From assembly GCA_047495785.1 (NCBI GenBank), contig JBLDXI010000007.1, positions 496,001-560,000 of the forward strand: DNA of 64,000 nucleotides, read 5' to 3'. This DNA comes from Lepidodermella squamata. Taxonomy: Eukaryota; Animalia; Gastrotricha. The notes beneath the pieces were generated by a model that was not told where the DNA came from, ran no database searches, and was given only the letters and a program-made list of their open reading frames with translations. Shown here in pieces: positions 12,605 to 26,799 of the stretch; position 1 is the stretch's first letter, and each line of letters opens with the position of its first letter. The translations under genes were made by a program, and so were the position numbers.

Positions 12605-13590
12605 ATGGAGGTTCAAGAAAGATCTAAAAAGTTCACTGATGACTTAACTCAACTTCATGTTTTCTATTTCGCTTGTGCCCTCTACGTTCCTCTAACCCTA
12701 CTAGCTGGTATTGGCGTATTCCTCATCCAATCTGGTCTAATTCGCGGCGATGATGTTCAAACAATGTCAACTGCCTTTGTTGCTACGATCGCGCTGCCTG
12801 TCGTCGATATGGCGATTATAATTGTCTATTCGTGGTGCATGTGCCAGGACGAATACGGCACCGATTTCACGCCAAGTGGAACGGCAAATTACCTAATGCT
12901 CGTCTGCCTTAATTTGCTTAAGACTTGCAAAATTCTATGCGGTAAGTCGAATTAAAGTGAAGAAGGATTTAACGCTAAATTGTCTCTCGAAATGAATTAG
13001 GGTATATAGGAAGAAAGTTGTCCTATGTATAGAGATTTTATAAGCCAGGTCATTGAAAAGCTAATGCGATATTGGAAAAGCAAGAGCATTGTGAATCTCA
13101 ACGAGGTATTTGTAGTATAGCTTGAAGCTTTCCCAACAATTTCAGCCTTTTAGCTCAAGCTTTTAATGTCCATTGCGTCCATTAAGGTGTTCAAGACCTC
13201 CCTGGAAACAGCTTTTTATATTTTGCATCGATCATGTATTGGGAAATGCGAAATAGGAAATTATTGTGCGAGTTAAAGACTTTAACTCAAAAAATATATG
13301 AAAATTAAAATATCTAAAATCTATGATTTTTCACCGCAGCTTTCTTCAGTACGATATTCATTCTGGTGGCGTGCGCCTTGGTTGAACTCGGCATGGCCGT
13401 CCTTGCGCTCTACACAACTTGGGACGCGCCCTATTCGCCGAACGCGGGTTGCGTCAATGGCTTTGGATGCGCCAACATCATCGCGATATGCATAGCAGTA
13501 ACAAGTGCCTTCCACATCCTCATATGGCTGATCATTTCCTGCTTCGTCACAGCCTATCGAGATAAACTACAGGCTGTAACTGACCCTTAA
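12605..13590 (+). CDS. Unknown ~195 aa four-pass membrane protein, 2 exons (intron ~12942-13339)
   Basis: GT donor after KILC and AG acceptor at ccgcag join the 12605 ORF in frame to AFFSTIFILVACALVELG...TDP*; four hydrophobic segments. Confidence 0.7.
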
Positions 13591-14174
13591 ATTATTGCTT
13601 TTTAATTACAAATGAAAGGACCAAAATGTGAAGAATATAACAACGTATCGATAGGCTATTTCTTTCAAGAAATTATTTTTGTAAATAATAATTGTTTTGA
13701 AAACAGGGTAAAACTACCTTACGGTGGACGTGAAATTTATGAACCAATAAGAAATCGGTTAAGAAAAAAATAAAATCTTCCATTTGCGGTTATCAAACGG
13801 GTTGGCGTGCTGTATCTGAAATCGTTATATAGAACTGTGTTCCAATATCGTGTGGAACAAAAGATGTGACATCGTAGCGAGCTTCTCCATTATGCTCTGT
13901 CTATTCCTGCTGCACTCTTGAGCAAGCTTTTAATCATCCCATAAAGTATTAATTTTATCCGATATTATAACTGCCGGGCGTGTTATTTGCCGGCGGCTAT
14001 GTTTCAGGCGTGTTTAATTAAAAAAGCCGTTTCCAACAACGAGGAGGTTGAGGGGAAACGTGACAACAACAAACAAACACGACTACGCAATGTTTTACTA
14101 TCATCATTTCCAATAAAAAACTGAACGATGCACGACACCCTTATCCATGAAAATAAACACGCTCAAATGATTTA

Positions 14175-14561
14175 TCAACTTTGAAGTTCCTCCGCATTAC
14201 ATATGGCTGTAAAAATTTCGTCCTCGGCTTTGCGACAAAAAAGGTTAAATACCTGGATCATATGTAGATTTTTTTCGCATTATACATTATATACTCTCCG
14301 TGTGCATTCATCGGCTTTGTTTTCATCAGAGACAACCTACACAGGCGTAGTTCACTGCCAACAAATAATAATATGCAGTATACTTACTAAGCAGCTGCAT
14401 GGTATCAGCCCTGTTCTTTTATATTGCATTTTTTTGTTATTTACTTTCTCTTGCCGTGCGATGTGTACATGCGTGCTAGGTACAGTCGACTCGAGCAAAG
14501 GTGCAGCAACCAGCAGCAGCACTACAGTTATAAACGTTGACAACGCCTCGAGTATTTTCAT
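14175..14561 (-). CDS. Possible small secreted prepropeptide (signal peptide, KR site, Cys-containing mature part)
   Basis: MKILEALSTFITVVLLLVAAPLLES signal-like start; ...MQYKR-TGLIPCSCL then a gtaagt donor and a 51-nt intron. Downstream exon structure is uncertain. Confidence 0.4.
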
Positions 14562-15405
14562 ATAATACTAGCCGGGGTTTATTTGGAAACCGATTTTAAC
14601 TGATAACACGCGCAATCAAATAATCACATAAATACATCGAACTAGCGCTATATCTCAGCCTAATAGTAAATAGTATTAGGTTTATTTACTAACCAGGTGG
14701 ATCTGTAAATAGCTTAGCGCCATTAGCTCAATAAAAAATATGTAGCAGTTTTCTCAGCTGCCATTTTATTGGAATTTTTTTTATTTTCTCTCAGCTTCGT
14801 CACGCAATTTTTTCGGTATATAGCGGCATATAAGGTTTCAGGACATTTACTCGTTCGTTAATTTTGATTCGTCTCATTATATTTTTTGCGAAATAACAAA
14901 ATTATTAGACGCGTGAAAAAACTCTTATGCTGACATACGAGCCATTCGAAAAATTGAAAACATGAAGAGAATGGGTCGATAAAAAATCCACTGTACTGCC
15001 GCAGCAGAAGGCACCTATAAGCAAATAATACATATAAGTATGTAATAATATAGCGCGCAAAAGCCCCGGCCTTTCGCTCTGCGCTTCGTTTTATATTATT
15101 ATTACTATTACTATAACATGAAAATACTCGCCCAATTCAGTACGAAGCGATATGACGACTGCTATATAACAAGCTCGCGCTGAATGATGAATGATGCCCG
15201 CAAGCACTTTATTCGCGATAAAAACGTTTGCGCCAATTTTCATTTTTAGCGAGAAATTGCCGCCATTTTTGTGGCAATATTATACGAGTATATAGCAGAA
15301 CTCTCAAATTCGAAAAACATATTATATAACTCGACGGCCCCTCTTATGAAGTGCTGATATACAAGATTATCACACTCTTTATTGTCTTCAACTACACAAG
15401 CAAGA

Positions 15406-18400
15406 ATGCGGTTGTTCCTGCTGCAACTGGCACTCTTGCTGTGGAAATGCTGGCGAACTCAGTGGCAGAGAAAGGTGAATCAATAACTTTAATAAATAAC
15501 AAGAAATCTTATAATTATTATTTTATAGATTCGACTAATTGTGATAATTCTATCACCAATTGTTGTTTTCTCTGTCATTTTTTACCTGAGATCGCTCTTT
15601 CCCAAAGAATCTGATAAATCGAACCGGCAGAGTGAATGTAAGAAAAATCATATTCCCAATATCCTTTTAAATTATATATTTTTCTAGGCCGGTATGATGA
15701 AATGCCTCTTCCATCGGCTGGACCAGCTTTTCTAGAATATCTTGCAAGTCGAACTTCATGGAATTTACAATGTGATAAAACTGAAAAGTATGCATTTCCC
15801 CAGCCTCAAAGAAATATCGTTAAATCATCAATTTCAGGACAACAACACCTCCTTATGCTTCGGTTGCCGCGGCGTGTTACGCATTACACGTCATGGTCGG
15901 GAAACCTTTCAGTTATTACCCGAACACCTCAGAACCAATCCGGAATATGATGTCTGAAATCGAAGACGACATCCGATTGGTAGCGCTAACCATGACATGC
16001 CCGATTCAATCGTGGCGAAAAATATTCCGAGGATTCGCAGAACGTGACGAGATGCTGAACGCGACGGCTTGGATCGACTCGATAGCTATCGAATTTCTAG
16101 ATATCGACCCGAAAAACGCGTCACTGCCCAGCTTGGTTAAATATTCAATCCGCTGTGGATCATCAAAATTAGACCTAGATTTGAATGGACCAACGTCTAG
16201 GGTTAAGGATGCTCCGCTGTCTGTAGGCCCGAAGAACCAAGTTCACTACTTCACCAGTTTTTTCATCTACCTGCAAGACATGGTCGACAAAGCGATAATA
16301 AAGGCGCAGGTTAATAGCGTCGACTCTTCGGTGACTCAACCAATTTTTGCCGGTTTCGGTACGATCATGCAGCCGTTTCCGTACCCTTGCCATGAAAACA
16401 ACTACTTTCTTGTCCAACTCGCCGGTTATTTAACGCTGTTCTTAGTACTCGGTTGGATGTTACCGGTAGCATTTTTCGCTAAAACGGTCATTTCGGAAAA
16501 GGAACGGCGCCTTCGCGCTGTCGCCAACTGCATGGGAGTCACCCCTGGTATCAACCTATTAAGCTGGTTCACGTTCTGGTTCGCGATTATGTTGATAGCT
16601 ATCACGTGTTTACTGATCGCAATCAAAGCCGGCGACATTTTCCGGTTCGCCTCGGTGGCAGTTCTCATCGCATTTTTCTGCGCCTACTCCGCAGCAAGTA
16701 TTTCATTCTCCTTCTTCATCGCGTCGTTCTTCAACAAGGCGAGCGTCGCGGCGTTGGTCGTAGTTATCGCGCATTTCATGACATTCCTAATACACTTCGG
16801 ATTGGCGAATTCAAACGGAGGCGAAGCGCTGCAACTCGGTGATATGCTACCTGCTTCGTTACTGCCTAATATCGCGCTAGGTTTCGGCTGCGCGATTTTC
16901 GCCAGCTGGGAACGAATTTCCGTCGAGTTGAATTATTCGAATTTGAACACACCCGTCGGAGCTGAACCTGCCGATCGTTACACCATGTTGTACAACATTT
17001 TAATGCTGATTTTCGATGCAACCCTGTACTTTTTCCTCACCTGGTACATCGACAACGTTCGACCCGGCGAATTCGGTGTTCCTCAGTCGTGGGCTTTCAT
17101 GTTGAAACGATCCTATTGGTCTGATAAAAGCTATTCCCTGATTGACGAAGATGAAAATGGCGACAGTGAAATGACTGGGATTTCAACGATAAATTCGAAC
17201 TTCGAGCTCGAACCACGCCACCTTAAAATCGGCTGTTCACTCAAGCGAATCAGCAAATTATTCAACTACGGCTGTTGGCCAGGCGACAGCTCGACTAAAA
17301 TTGCTGTAGATGATTTGTCGCTAAACATTTTCGAACATCAAATAACGGCGTTACTAGGCCACAATGGTGCAGGTAAAACTACAACCATGTCGATGATAAC
17401 TGGACTTTTGACACCCTCATCCGGTGAGGTTAAAATCTACGGGCGAAATGTGGCTAGTGAAATGTCAGCTGTTCGGAATATTATCGGTTTCTGCCCGCAG
17501 CATAACGTTCTCTACGACGATTTAACCGTAGCCGAACACTTGTGGTTCTACGCCCGGATTCGAGGCGGGTCACACCTGAGTAACGCCGAGCTGCGAAACA
17601 ACATCGATGAAATGCTGAAAGATACAAATTTAACCGAGAAGCGGGACGAGTTGTCGAAATTCCTGTCCGGTGGTATGAAGCGACGGCTGTCGATTGCTAC
17701 CGCTTTCATCGGTGGGGCGAAGTGCGTTGTCCTAGATGAACCTACTGCCGGGGTGGATCCGTTCGCCCGCCGGGCGATTTGGGATTTGCTAACGAAATTT
17801 CGCCGCGATAGAACCATCATTTTGTCAACACATCACATGGACGAAGCCGAAATTCTCGGCGACCGCATTGCTATAATCTCAAATGGCCGCTTGTTAACTG
17901 TAAGTCTATCCTTTCAAAATGAAGTTCATGATTTATTATTACGGTTCTATGTCAATTGAGCAAACGAAAATTGAGCAACGAAAATAGAGCAAGGGCTTTT
18001 GAGCAACGATATTAGAGCAAACGAAATTAGAGCAAAACGACTTCTGAGCAAACGAAATTAGAGCAAAACGACACGAGAGCAAATTTTATTTAAAATAAAC
18101 AACAGCTGCAATTAATTATTAAATTTGCTCTCGTGTCGTTTTGCTCTAATCTCGTTTTGCTCAAAAGTCGTTTTGCTCTAATTTCGTTTGCTCTAATATC
18201 GTTGCTCAAAAGCCCTTGCTCTATTTTCGTTGCTCAATTTTCGTTTGCTCAATTGACATAGAACCATTATTACCTATACTTGATTTAAAATTTTTGATAA
18301 AAATTATTTTTTTATTCTGTTATTTTTTTAATTTAAAATTTAAAATTAATTTTAGGATAAATTAAATTAAATTTAAATTTAAAAATTTCCAATCGAAATT

Positions 18401-21400
18401 AAAATTTATTTGATTTGAAATTCATTTGAAAATTGATTAATTTGATTAATTTTTTTTTAATTTTAGTGTGGCTCGCCCATTTTCCTCAAACAAACCCGCG
18501 GCGATGGTTATCGGCTAACAATTGTTCCCGACTCAAAATTATCGCAAACATCACCTGAAATTATCGACAATTTCGTTAAAAAAGAGCTGCAGCTTAATGA
18601 CCCCACAGCCAATAAGAACAAATCAACCAGTGAACTGCACTATCAGCTCAACTACGATTATCTCGAACGACTTCCAGAATTTTTCAAGGAATTAGAAATT
18701 AGGAAAAACGAGTTGGGCGTGTCATCCTACGGCATTTCCGACTGCAGTTTGGAGGAGGTTTTCATTAAAATAACCGACGAAGATGAAGCGAGTAGAACGC
18801 AGAATCTCTATCAGAACAGCGCGGAATCTGACGGTAAACTCGACGCCTTCGAGCGGCTACCGGGTTTCTGGTTAACATTACAGCAATCGCATGGAATAAT
18901 CGCGAAACGATTCAATCGCATGCGTCGCAACTACAAGGGCTTTCTTATTGAACTTCTACTCCCGGTGCTGGTTGTTATCGCAGGTGTCGGGATTGTTAAA
19001 TTAGCGGCGCCGAACGAGCTCGGCCAAGTTGCTCAACCGCTGGAACTGACGCCGTGGCTGCTTCAACCCGGTCCGTTTTCGAGCTTCGAGAGTAAACTGT
19101 ACACATTTATCAGCAAGTCGAACAACGGCCAGTTCACTTATTTGGAGGAAAAACTAGCTGCAGCTGCGTTCAATGCAAGCCTAGTTGGAACTAAATGCAT
19201 GTCGAACGGCTATTCGGTGAAAAGCTATCCTTGCCCTGTTGGATTGAAAACTGGTGAAGCTGAAAATAAGGTGAAGTACAAAAAACGAACTTGCTGGTGC
19301 ACGACCGAAGATATTCAACGATGCTCGGTGGACAACCAAAGCGAGCCAATGCCGCCATCTCAAACCATCGGAACTGGAGATGACGTCATCGATTTGACTG
19401 GAATCGACGTATCTGAATATATCTTAGGTAAATTGTTTCCAATTTTCCAAGATTTTTAAGACCTTTATAATCTTTCTACAGATCAATTTTCGTTGTTGAG
19501 AGACAATTTTTACGGTGGCTTATCGTTCGTTGAGGAGGGTTTATTTTTCCCTCGGGAGAACATCAAAATTTGGTTCAATAATAAGGGATGGGTTTCAAGT
19601 GTCGCCTACAACAATTACGCCAACAATTTACTGCTGAGACTCGCCCTCAACCTACCTAACGCGTCCGACTACGGCATTGTCACTTACAACCACCCGTTAC
19701 CATACTCAGATTTCGACAAGGAAGTTCTGCTCCTCACAAAATACGACCAATTTCCATTCGCTCAGCTGACTCATCTATTGCTAATGTTATTCGCCCTCAG
19801 CTTCGTACCAGCTGGGTTTGTCATGTTCCTAGTTGAGGACCGAGTTTCAGAATCTAAACACGTCCAACTTGTCAGCGGTTTGAAGCCCTACGTCTACTGG
19901 TTGGCTAACTATCTATGGGACTGCGTTTACTGCCTGGTCCCAGCCGGGTTTTGCATAGCAATTTACGCTATTTTCAACGTAAATTACTACACATCAGTCG
20001 ATTCCATCCAAGTTTTCATCCTCCTAACGATTTTCTATGGCATTTCAATTGTTCCAATGCTTTATCCATTGTCACTTTTCATCCAGTCGCCTAGTACTGC
20101 CTTTGTTGTAGCCGCATGTGGTAACATTTTAATTGGAAGTGCAACGACTGTGTTGACGTCAGTGCTTGATCTGATGGAAGTTCGCCATGTAGCAGGGGCT
20201 GCTTCAGCTAGAAACAGGATGAAAGCCGTTTTCTTTCTCTTCCCGCAGTATTGCTACGGGCGTGGGTTATACGACCTTTCTGCTAGTTATCAAAACTACA
20301 CGTTGAAGTTAGCGGAAAGTCACGACCCGTTCAAATTCGACGTCTGCGGGCAGTATCTCCTAGCCCAGGCTATTCATGCGATTTTCTGGGTTTCCATCAA
20401 TATTGTACTCGCCTATCATCTCACGAGGTTCAAAGCAGTCTATCAACGCACTCTTAGCGTTTTCGTCAGATCAAAGAATAGCTTCACTCGGCTTATATTC
20501 AGGCAAAAAGCCGACGGTGAGAGTTACGGCATTTTAGAGAATGTAGAGTCAAATTTAGACTCGGACGTAGTCGCTGAACAAATTCGCGTATTATCCCCTG
20601 ATTTTCCTAGCGAAAACTATTCATTAGCCGTCAAAGAGTTGGTCAAAACTTTCGATACAACCCGCGGCCAGTTGACGGCTGTAGACCGGTTGACGTTCGG
20701 CGTTCAGCCTGGCGAGTGTTTCGGCCTGCTCGGCGTGAATGGTGCTGGAAAATCGACGACTTTCAACATGTTAACCGGCCTGCTCGGGCCGACGAGTGGT
20801 ACCGCGTTGGTGCAAAACTGTGATATATTAAGCTCGCGAAACGCCGCGAATAAACTCATCGGCTACTGTCCGCAGTTCGACTGCATCACGCCGCTGCTTT
20901 CCGGCCGCGAAAATCTCGAATTTTTCGCGAGAATTCGCGGCACCCCAGAGCGGTTTGTCCGGCGAGTTGCCGAGTTCAATCTACGCCGGCTTGGCCTAAC
21001 CCCACTCGCCGATAAACCCTCAATGTCGTACTCCGGCGGCAATAAACGGAAGCTATCTGTCGCAATCGCGCTATCTGGCGAGCCGCCTTTGGTGCTGCTT
21101 GACGAGCCTACAGCAGGGGTCGACCCAGGCGCGAGGCGGTACCTATGGCGCGCGATTAAGGCGGCTCTTTCCCGCGGTCAATCCGTGATTCTAACCACCC
21201 ATTCAATGGACGAATGTGAGTCGTTGAGTAGCCGTCTAGCTATCATGGTTAACGGCCAACTCCGCTGCTTGGGCAGCCCGCAGCATCTGAAGCAGCGTTT
21301 TGGCGATGGTTACTTGCTTACCCTTCGTTTCCGTCACGTGAATGACGGTTACGGGGTTAACCTCGCCAGGTTACAAGATCAAGCTCAGAAGGCGTTTGCT

Positions 21401-21697
21401 GACCGACTGCCGGATAGCCAGTTTAAATTCAAGGAAAGCCAGGATGCAGTTGCGACGTATTCCATGGCGTCGACTGTAGATTTAGCCCAGTTGTTTGGGC
21501 TGTTGACAAATCGCAGCTTCATCGCTGGGCTGCGCGTCGGTGATTTGTCGCTTATGCAAACGTCGCTCGACACAGTTTTCATCAACTTCGCGAATGGACA
21601 GCGGCCCGATGATGGCGACACTAGCAGCAATAGCAGTTTCTCGGATGTAATGGAACCGGTTATCATATCGAGTAACAGATACTTGGACGTTGAATAA
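15406..21697 (+). CDS. ABCA: ABC transporter subfamily A, full transporter, multi-exon
   Basis: N-terminal LQLALLLWKCWR; EKERRL; NBD1 LLGHNGAGKTT/LSGGMKRRL/DEPTAGVDP; NBD2 LLGVNGAGKST/YSGGNKRKL; GSPQHLKQRFG. Confidence 0.95.
17943..18265. mobile_element. Foldback-type MITE in an ABCA intron, ~145 bp TIRs built of GAGCAA subrepeats, 8-bp TSD ATTATTAC
   Basis: Starts ggttctatgtcaattgagcaa and ends ttgctcaattgacatagaacc; attattac at 17935-17942 and 18266-18273. Confidence 0.92.
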
Positions 21698-21814
21698 TTC
21701 AATGACATGCACATTTATTTTTGTAAAAGAGAATATTTTGAATAAATCTGACATTTTAATGAGCAATTTCGTTTTCTGCTCCGAATATTCGACGAAAATC
21801 TGACCGGTAAAACG

Positions 21815-22335
21815 GGAAAAGAGGGGTTTGGCAAATTTTCTATGCTTTCCAGCAGATATCGCGAAAAAATACTGAATTGACCGAAGACGACTCTTGAATT
21901 TTGAGATGTTTTTACTCAGTTTATCGTGATGATTTTAAATTTTAAATTTTCTAAATTCCGACCTCTCGGAGGCTCCCATCCTCCTCAAAAGACGAGAAAT
22001 CCCAAAGTGTCGCTGAAAAGTCTTATCGACTCAGGCTGTCGTGAAGGCTCTAGCTTGATCCCGTCATGTTCCTCACCTCAGATAACCCTAAAAGATTTGA
22101 CTGCGCACTAGAAAATTTCAAGCGTGACGAATTATTAATTGATGCAATGAAAACGCAATTAAGGCGCACTTTTTCGAAATTCTCATTTTCCACTATTAAA
22201 CTCTGCAGCCCAATTTCTCAGCAATCCTGATGACTATCAACCTCTATTTGATATCGTTCGACTCCTCGTTCATTGATCTTGAACGCGGCAATGAAATCTC
22301 ACGATTTTTCTCAAAAATGACAACAACATCCTGTT
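21815..22335. mobile_element. Diverged copy of the TTAA-flanked MITE at 56056-56587
   Basis: Left end gaaaagaggggtttggcaaa. Internal blocks gctcccatcctcct.aaaagacgag, ttcctcacctcaga..accctaaa and atatcgttcgactcctcgtt are shared with the 56 kb copy. Right end unclear. Confidence 0.75.
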
Positions 22336-22528
22336 AAAGTTGTCTTGTAGTAGTAATTTTTATTGATATACAAAAAAAACAATAATACCGACGAGTTTCC
22401 GATATCCGTACAAAAATGTTCCGCTCATTTGAAAGGTACAACGTAGATTAATACTCTGAATTATATAAAAGCTGTGATTTTAAGATGTTTTGGCAGAGTT
22501 TCACAATAATTTAAAATGCTATATATCG

Positions 22529-25269
22529 TCACAGGCTCAAGTTGCTAGAAGGCGTGCTCAGAGAGCTCAGCGATGACTCATTAGACTGCGACTTGGAGAA
22601 GGCGTGTTTCTTCGGTTTATTGCCACCACGCCGCCAATTGCCTGATTCCGGCGCGCCGTCGAAAACAGACTCCATATTTGTATTGTTGTCAATGCTAGTC
22701 GCTACGAAAAGCGACGGCGCCGTGGTTAAATCTTCAGCTAGGCCGTTACTGTTTGCCGTGTCAATCTGTTGAATCGTTGCCCCGTTCTTTAACGTGTGCT
22801 CGCTTCGACTCGAGGCGGACGGCAACTTCTCGCGAACAAATCGCATGAGTTTGATCGGCAGCAGGGATGATTGCGTCCGGCTGGTCATAAAATGACTGCT
22901 GTGATCTCGCTGGCAGTGGTTGAACTGCGATGCCAGATCAGAGGAACCCTCCCTGTGGCGGTTTTTCAAGCAGCAAATGAATATGCGAAGAAATGACCGG
23001 CGAAATTTAGGAACGGCTATTAGATAGACGATAGGGACCAACAATGCGCATGAATAAGTTAGCCAGAGGCAGATTCTCAAGGCTAATGAAGGAAAGTTCG
23101 GCAAGAAAGCTCCTGTATGAAACAATTTTTTAATAGAGAAAATTACAAAACTTTTCATGACCTACTGGCTACGACGGCGATTTGAAGAGGGGCCAAACTT
23201 AGTCCGGTAACGATTGAAACGACTCTGAGGCCATCCGTAATTTGTTTCTCGACTTTCAGCTTGCTCCACAACAATTTTTCTGAAATTTTATCAAAACTTG
23301 AATACAAAAACCACCGCCAATGGTTATAACTATACCTTTTTTGATGAGATCGTCAGCTCCGAGCAGATCGTCGTCGAGGTATTTGAAAGCTTCTTTCTTC
23401 TTTTTCTTTCCGCGGCTATCAGCGGCGTCCAGACTTGCGGCGTCAGTTTCGCTCATTTTAAAATGAAGGCCCGAGCAAACTTCAACGTCGATAACTTTAG
23501 CATCGCGATACTTTTGACGAATCGTACTGAAAAAAATGACAAATAGACGTTAATTAATTTCACTTTTTTAGTCATTCATTTGGTAAAACTTGATCATCAT
23601 TTTCGGAAATTTTCGGAACTCAATGGAAAATAAGTTGGACTTCTACAGCGTGTCCCAACTATTTTTAATTTGGCAACTTTTTGTTGGAAATTCAGCTGAG
23701 TTGTTTAAATTGAACCTACCCAGAGAATATTCCATATTTTATCCGCGATTCAACGGAAGAAATAAAAAATTCACCGGAGAATTCCCGGAAAATCTTGGTG
23801 GTAACTGTTTCGGTAATTTCGTTATTCTACCCGATTTTACCGAATCCCCCGACTTTTTTAATCAAGCGACATACTTATGATTACTATTCTCGTGATTTTA
23901 AATTTTTCCAACATCTTTCTGGCTATGAAATGTGACGTCGTCTCTCGTTTTAGAGTATCTGAACTCTTTTCGGTGCATTTTCTTTGCTTGCGTTACTTAT
24001 GGGACACGCTGCATAAAAATTCCTTTACCGATCTTGAAACCCCTGAACTCTTTGGAGGTTCTAAAAGAAATCGAACAGTGCCTTTTTAATATTTCTTTTT
24101 AAGATCACATTGACGGTAACTAGGGGTAAATTTGAACAAAACCAAGCTGTTCGAATGAAAAAATCATTATTTGCTGGAAAATTTCAGAGCTGAAAAGGGA
24201 CAAAGTTATTGATTCCTCATTCGCCCGTACATTTTGAGAAATCGTCTACTTTTACCTGTTTTGTCAGTTTAAAATGTGTTTGTCCAACTTAAGATAATTA
24301 GCGGGTAATTAAGAACACCCAGCATATTCAACAGACTCATATGGGTTTGAAGATTTTCCCTGTAAATATTAAAGCCCACGCCCAAGTCCAAAATTGCCCG
24401 ATTTTTTACCTCAACTCTCAATTAGAAGTCACCATCAGAATTTAGCCTCCTTCGATTTCAGAGAGAGTAGAGAGTAAAGGTAGGAGAAAGCAAGGATTTT
24501 AAGGGTTCTAAAACAAAATCCAGAGTCACAAAATTTTTGGATAAGGATTATGATAGATAAAAAATTTATTGAGCTATTTCGAAACTTACTCAGCTTCTTC
24601 GAAGCTTTTAGCATTGAAAGAATGAATGAAGGCCGCAATGACAGCACAAGGCACCGCGAAGCTGGCAATGATGCGGAACATGACGAAGCCATGCTCGTCA
24701 TGGTAATCACACCTGTGATCGCCATCGACCGGCAGCCAAGTTCGCCAGCCCAGAACCGCACTGACTGCCGCAACAGCGCCAATCACCCAGACTACGGCAC
24801 ATTTCCGCAGGGCCTCCCATAAATTTTCGACCTTACTATGCGACATTAGTTTCGATAAAGCTGATCTTTGATCAATTGCGATAGCAGCTAGGCCACTTAG
24901 TAAAACAGCTGTTATTGCTACGTTCGACATTTCGTAGGCTCGGCAAAGGTCGTAGCCGAACACCCACCGGCCGTCGAGCGCGTCGATGCTGATAGCCAGC
25001 GGCATGGTAAACAGCGACACAACGGCGCAAGATACGATAAGGTGGCTGATGAGAACTTTCGTGATTACCGGCACTTTGTGCGCGAGAAGGATAGAAACAA
25101 CGGCGATGATGCAAACAAGAAGGGTTAGACCGGCCAGGGCGGATAGCGGCGCTGCAACGGCGATTGCCGTTGATTTATTCGCCTCGAAATACTGCTGGGC
25201 CAGGCAGAAGTGCGACGACTCGTTCGTGCACGACGAAGTCATGTTGATAACTAGACTTGACGATGACAT
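22529..25269 (-). CDS. Divergent class A (rhodopsin-like, amine-receptor-like) GPCR, 4 exons
   Basis: TM2 FTMPL, ECL1 GRWVFGYDLC, TM3 IAIDQR (DRY position), TM5 SFAVP, TM7 WLTYSCALLVPIVY, helix 8 PKFRRSF..IFICC; in-frame splicing through 23168-23526. Confidence 0.85.
23646..24011. mobile_element. Tc1/mariner-like MITE in GPCR intron 1
   Basis: TIR ta|cagcgtgtccca ... tgggacacgctg|ca (TA TSD with one mismatch). Confidence 0.7.
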
Positions 25270-26799
25270 GTTCTCAAAAATCGCAGCCTACATCGCTAAG
25301 TTAAAAAATTGTGTTTTTAAATTATTTGTTGTGAGTGCAATTCTAGCACTAAAGGAAGTTGAGGCATCCGGTCACGCAGTGTTAAATTTCATTAGGCGGC
25401 GACACTTGCTACTGCAAAAAACTGTTAATTGGAATTGATCGCAGCGAAAATCATACAATTTGGGAAAAAATAATTGAAAAATCAATAAGTGCAATCTACG
25501 CATGCAGAATATACAGACTTCATATACCAAAATTCGTTATACTACAGAGTAATGTGGCGGAGGAATAGTCTGAGCTAATAATTTCCTGGTGGATGATGCA
25601 TTCTCGCATCTGGCTGAGAAAAAAACAATATATCGTAGAAAATCGATTTGTGAGGTCATTCACACTCGTGTTTTTACCTCGTGCTAATGTGTGCGGCTTT
25701 TCGTTGGAGAGAAAAAAAAACAGTCACTAGATGCCATCAAAAAGACGACGATAGAAGACAAGATAAGTAAGTATGCCAGGCTGCCTATAATACTCGCAAT
25801 AAGGAAGGTCACATGAAAAAATGCGCACATGCCCCAGGTAAACACGCATGGGATGTGAGAGTAGATTGCTTCTGACAGCAGCCGCTTCAGATGTCAGTCG
25901 GAAATAAGCCGTGGCCACTACGTTCATGTCATATTACCTGACGCGGATACATTTGTTTCAGACAACCGCGTTATAATCTAGGAACAGACAAACTATTTCG
26001 TTTTTTTTAAAGCCAATGTTTCAACAAAAGTAATAATATTTTGCAATGAATCGTTTCATAGCTGTTAAGATCAAGGCGTGAAGATAAAAGCCTGAGAGGG
26101 TGGGCGAAAAACCTCGAAGCAATGGGGGAAATGGGGATTCAGAACCGGCTCATAAAACATATGAATATAACCAGCGAAAAAACACGCACGAGTCTGCAGA
26201 GCGAAACGAAATAGAGAGAGAATGGAGAGAGAGGGGCACATATGTTTCTTGCAGCTGTATTCACAAAAAAATACTCGATCCGAAATGCCTGATGATAATG
26301 AGTGTAGTAATAAAATTCCGCCCTGCTCTCCAGCGCTATGTGATGAGAAATAAAATGCGGCCTATATAGAAAAGTGTCTCCAGTAAAAGTCAAGCGGGAA
26401 TTAATTTCGGTACAATAGAAAATAGAAAGCAAAGTACTTTTTTAGTAGTTCAGCGAAAATCTCATTAATTCTTTATTTCGGACAAGCTATGGGGAAAATA
26501 GCAATAATATTCGGTTTCCTCTTTCACTAAAAGGGCGTTCCGTAAATTGCGAAAACCGGCCTGTCTGTCCAAAACTCGGTAACAAAAATGACACAGATAA
26601 TTCCTAAATTTGCGTAAAAACCTACGTTAATAAATATATTTAAAATATTACTTTATTCAGTCAGGAAATTTATGAACTAAATATTGCTTTAAGATTGTCT
26701 CACGGTCCTTTTTCTAAATAGCATCACCGCATGTTATTCCATTCACAATTTCTGGTTATTAAAATAAGAATTAAATTTAGCGAGTCATTGCGGTCGATT

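Noticed and set aside
14325-14395. Uroguanylin-like NYACVGCL ending from an alternative splice
   Set aside because: It needs a 7-nt exon and a 33-nt intron and lacks the other two cysteines; probably chance.
17943-18265. CRISPR-like look of regularly spaced GAGCAA repeats
   Set aside because: The repeats are too short, are mirrored as an inverted repeat with a TSD, lie in a eukaryotic intron, and there are no cas genes.
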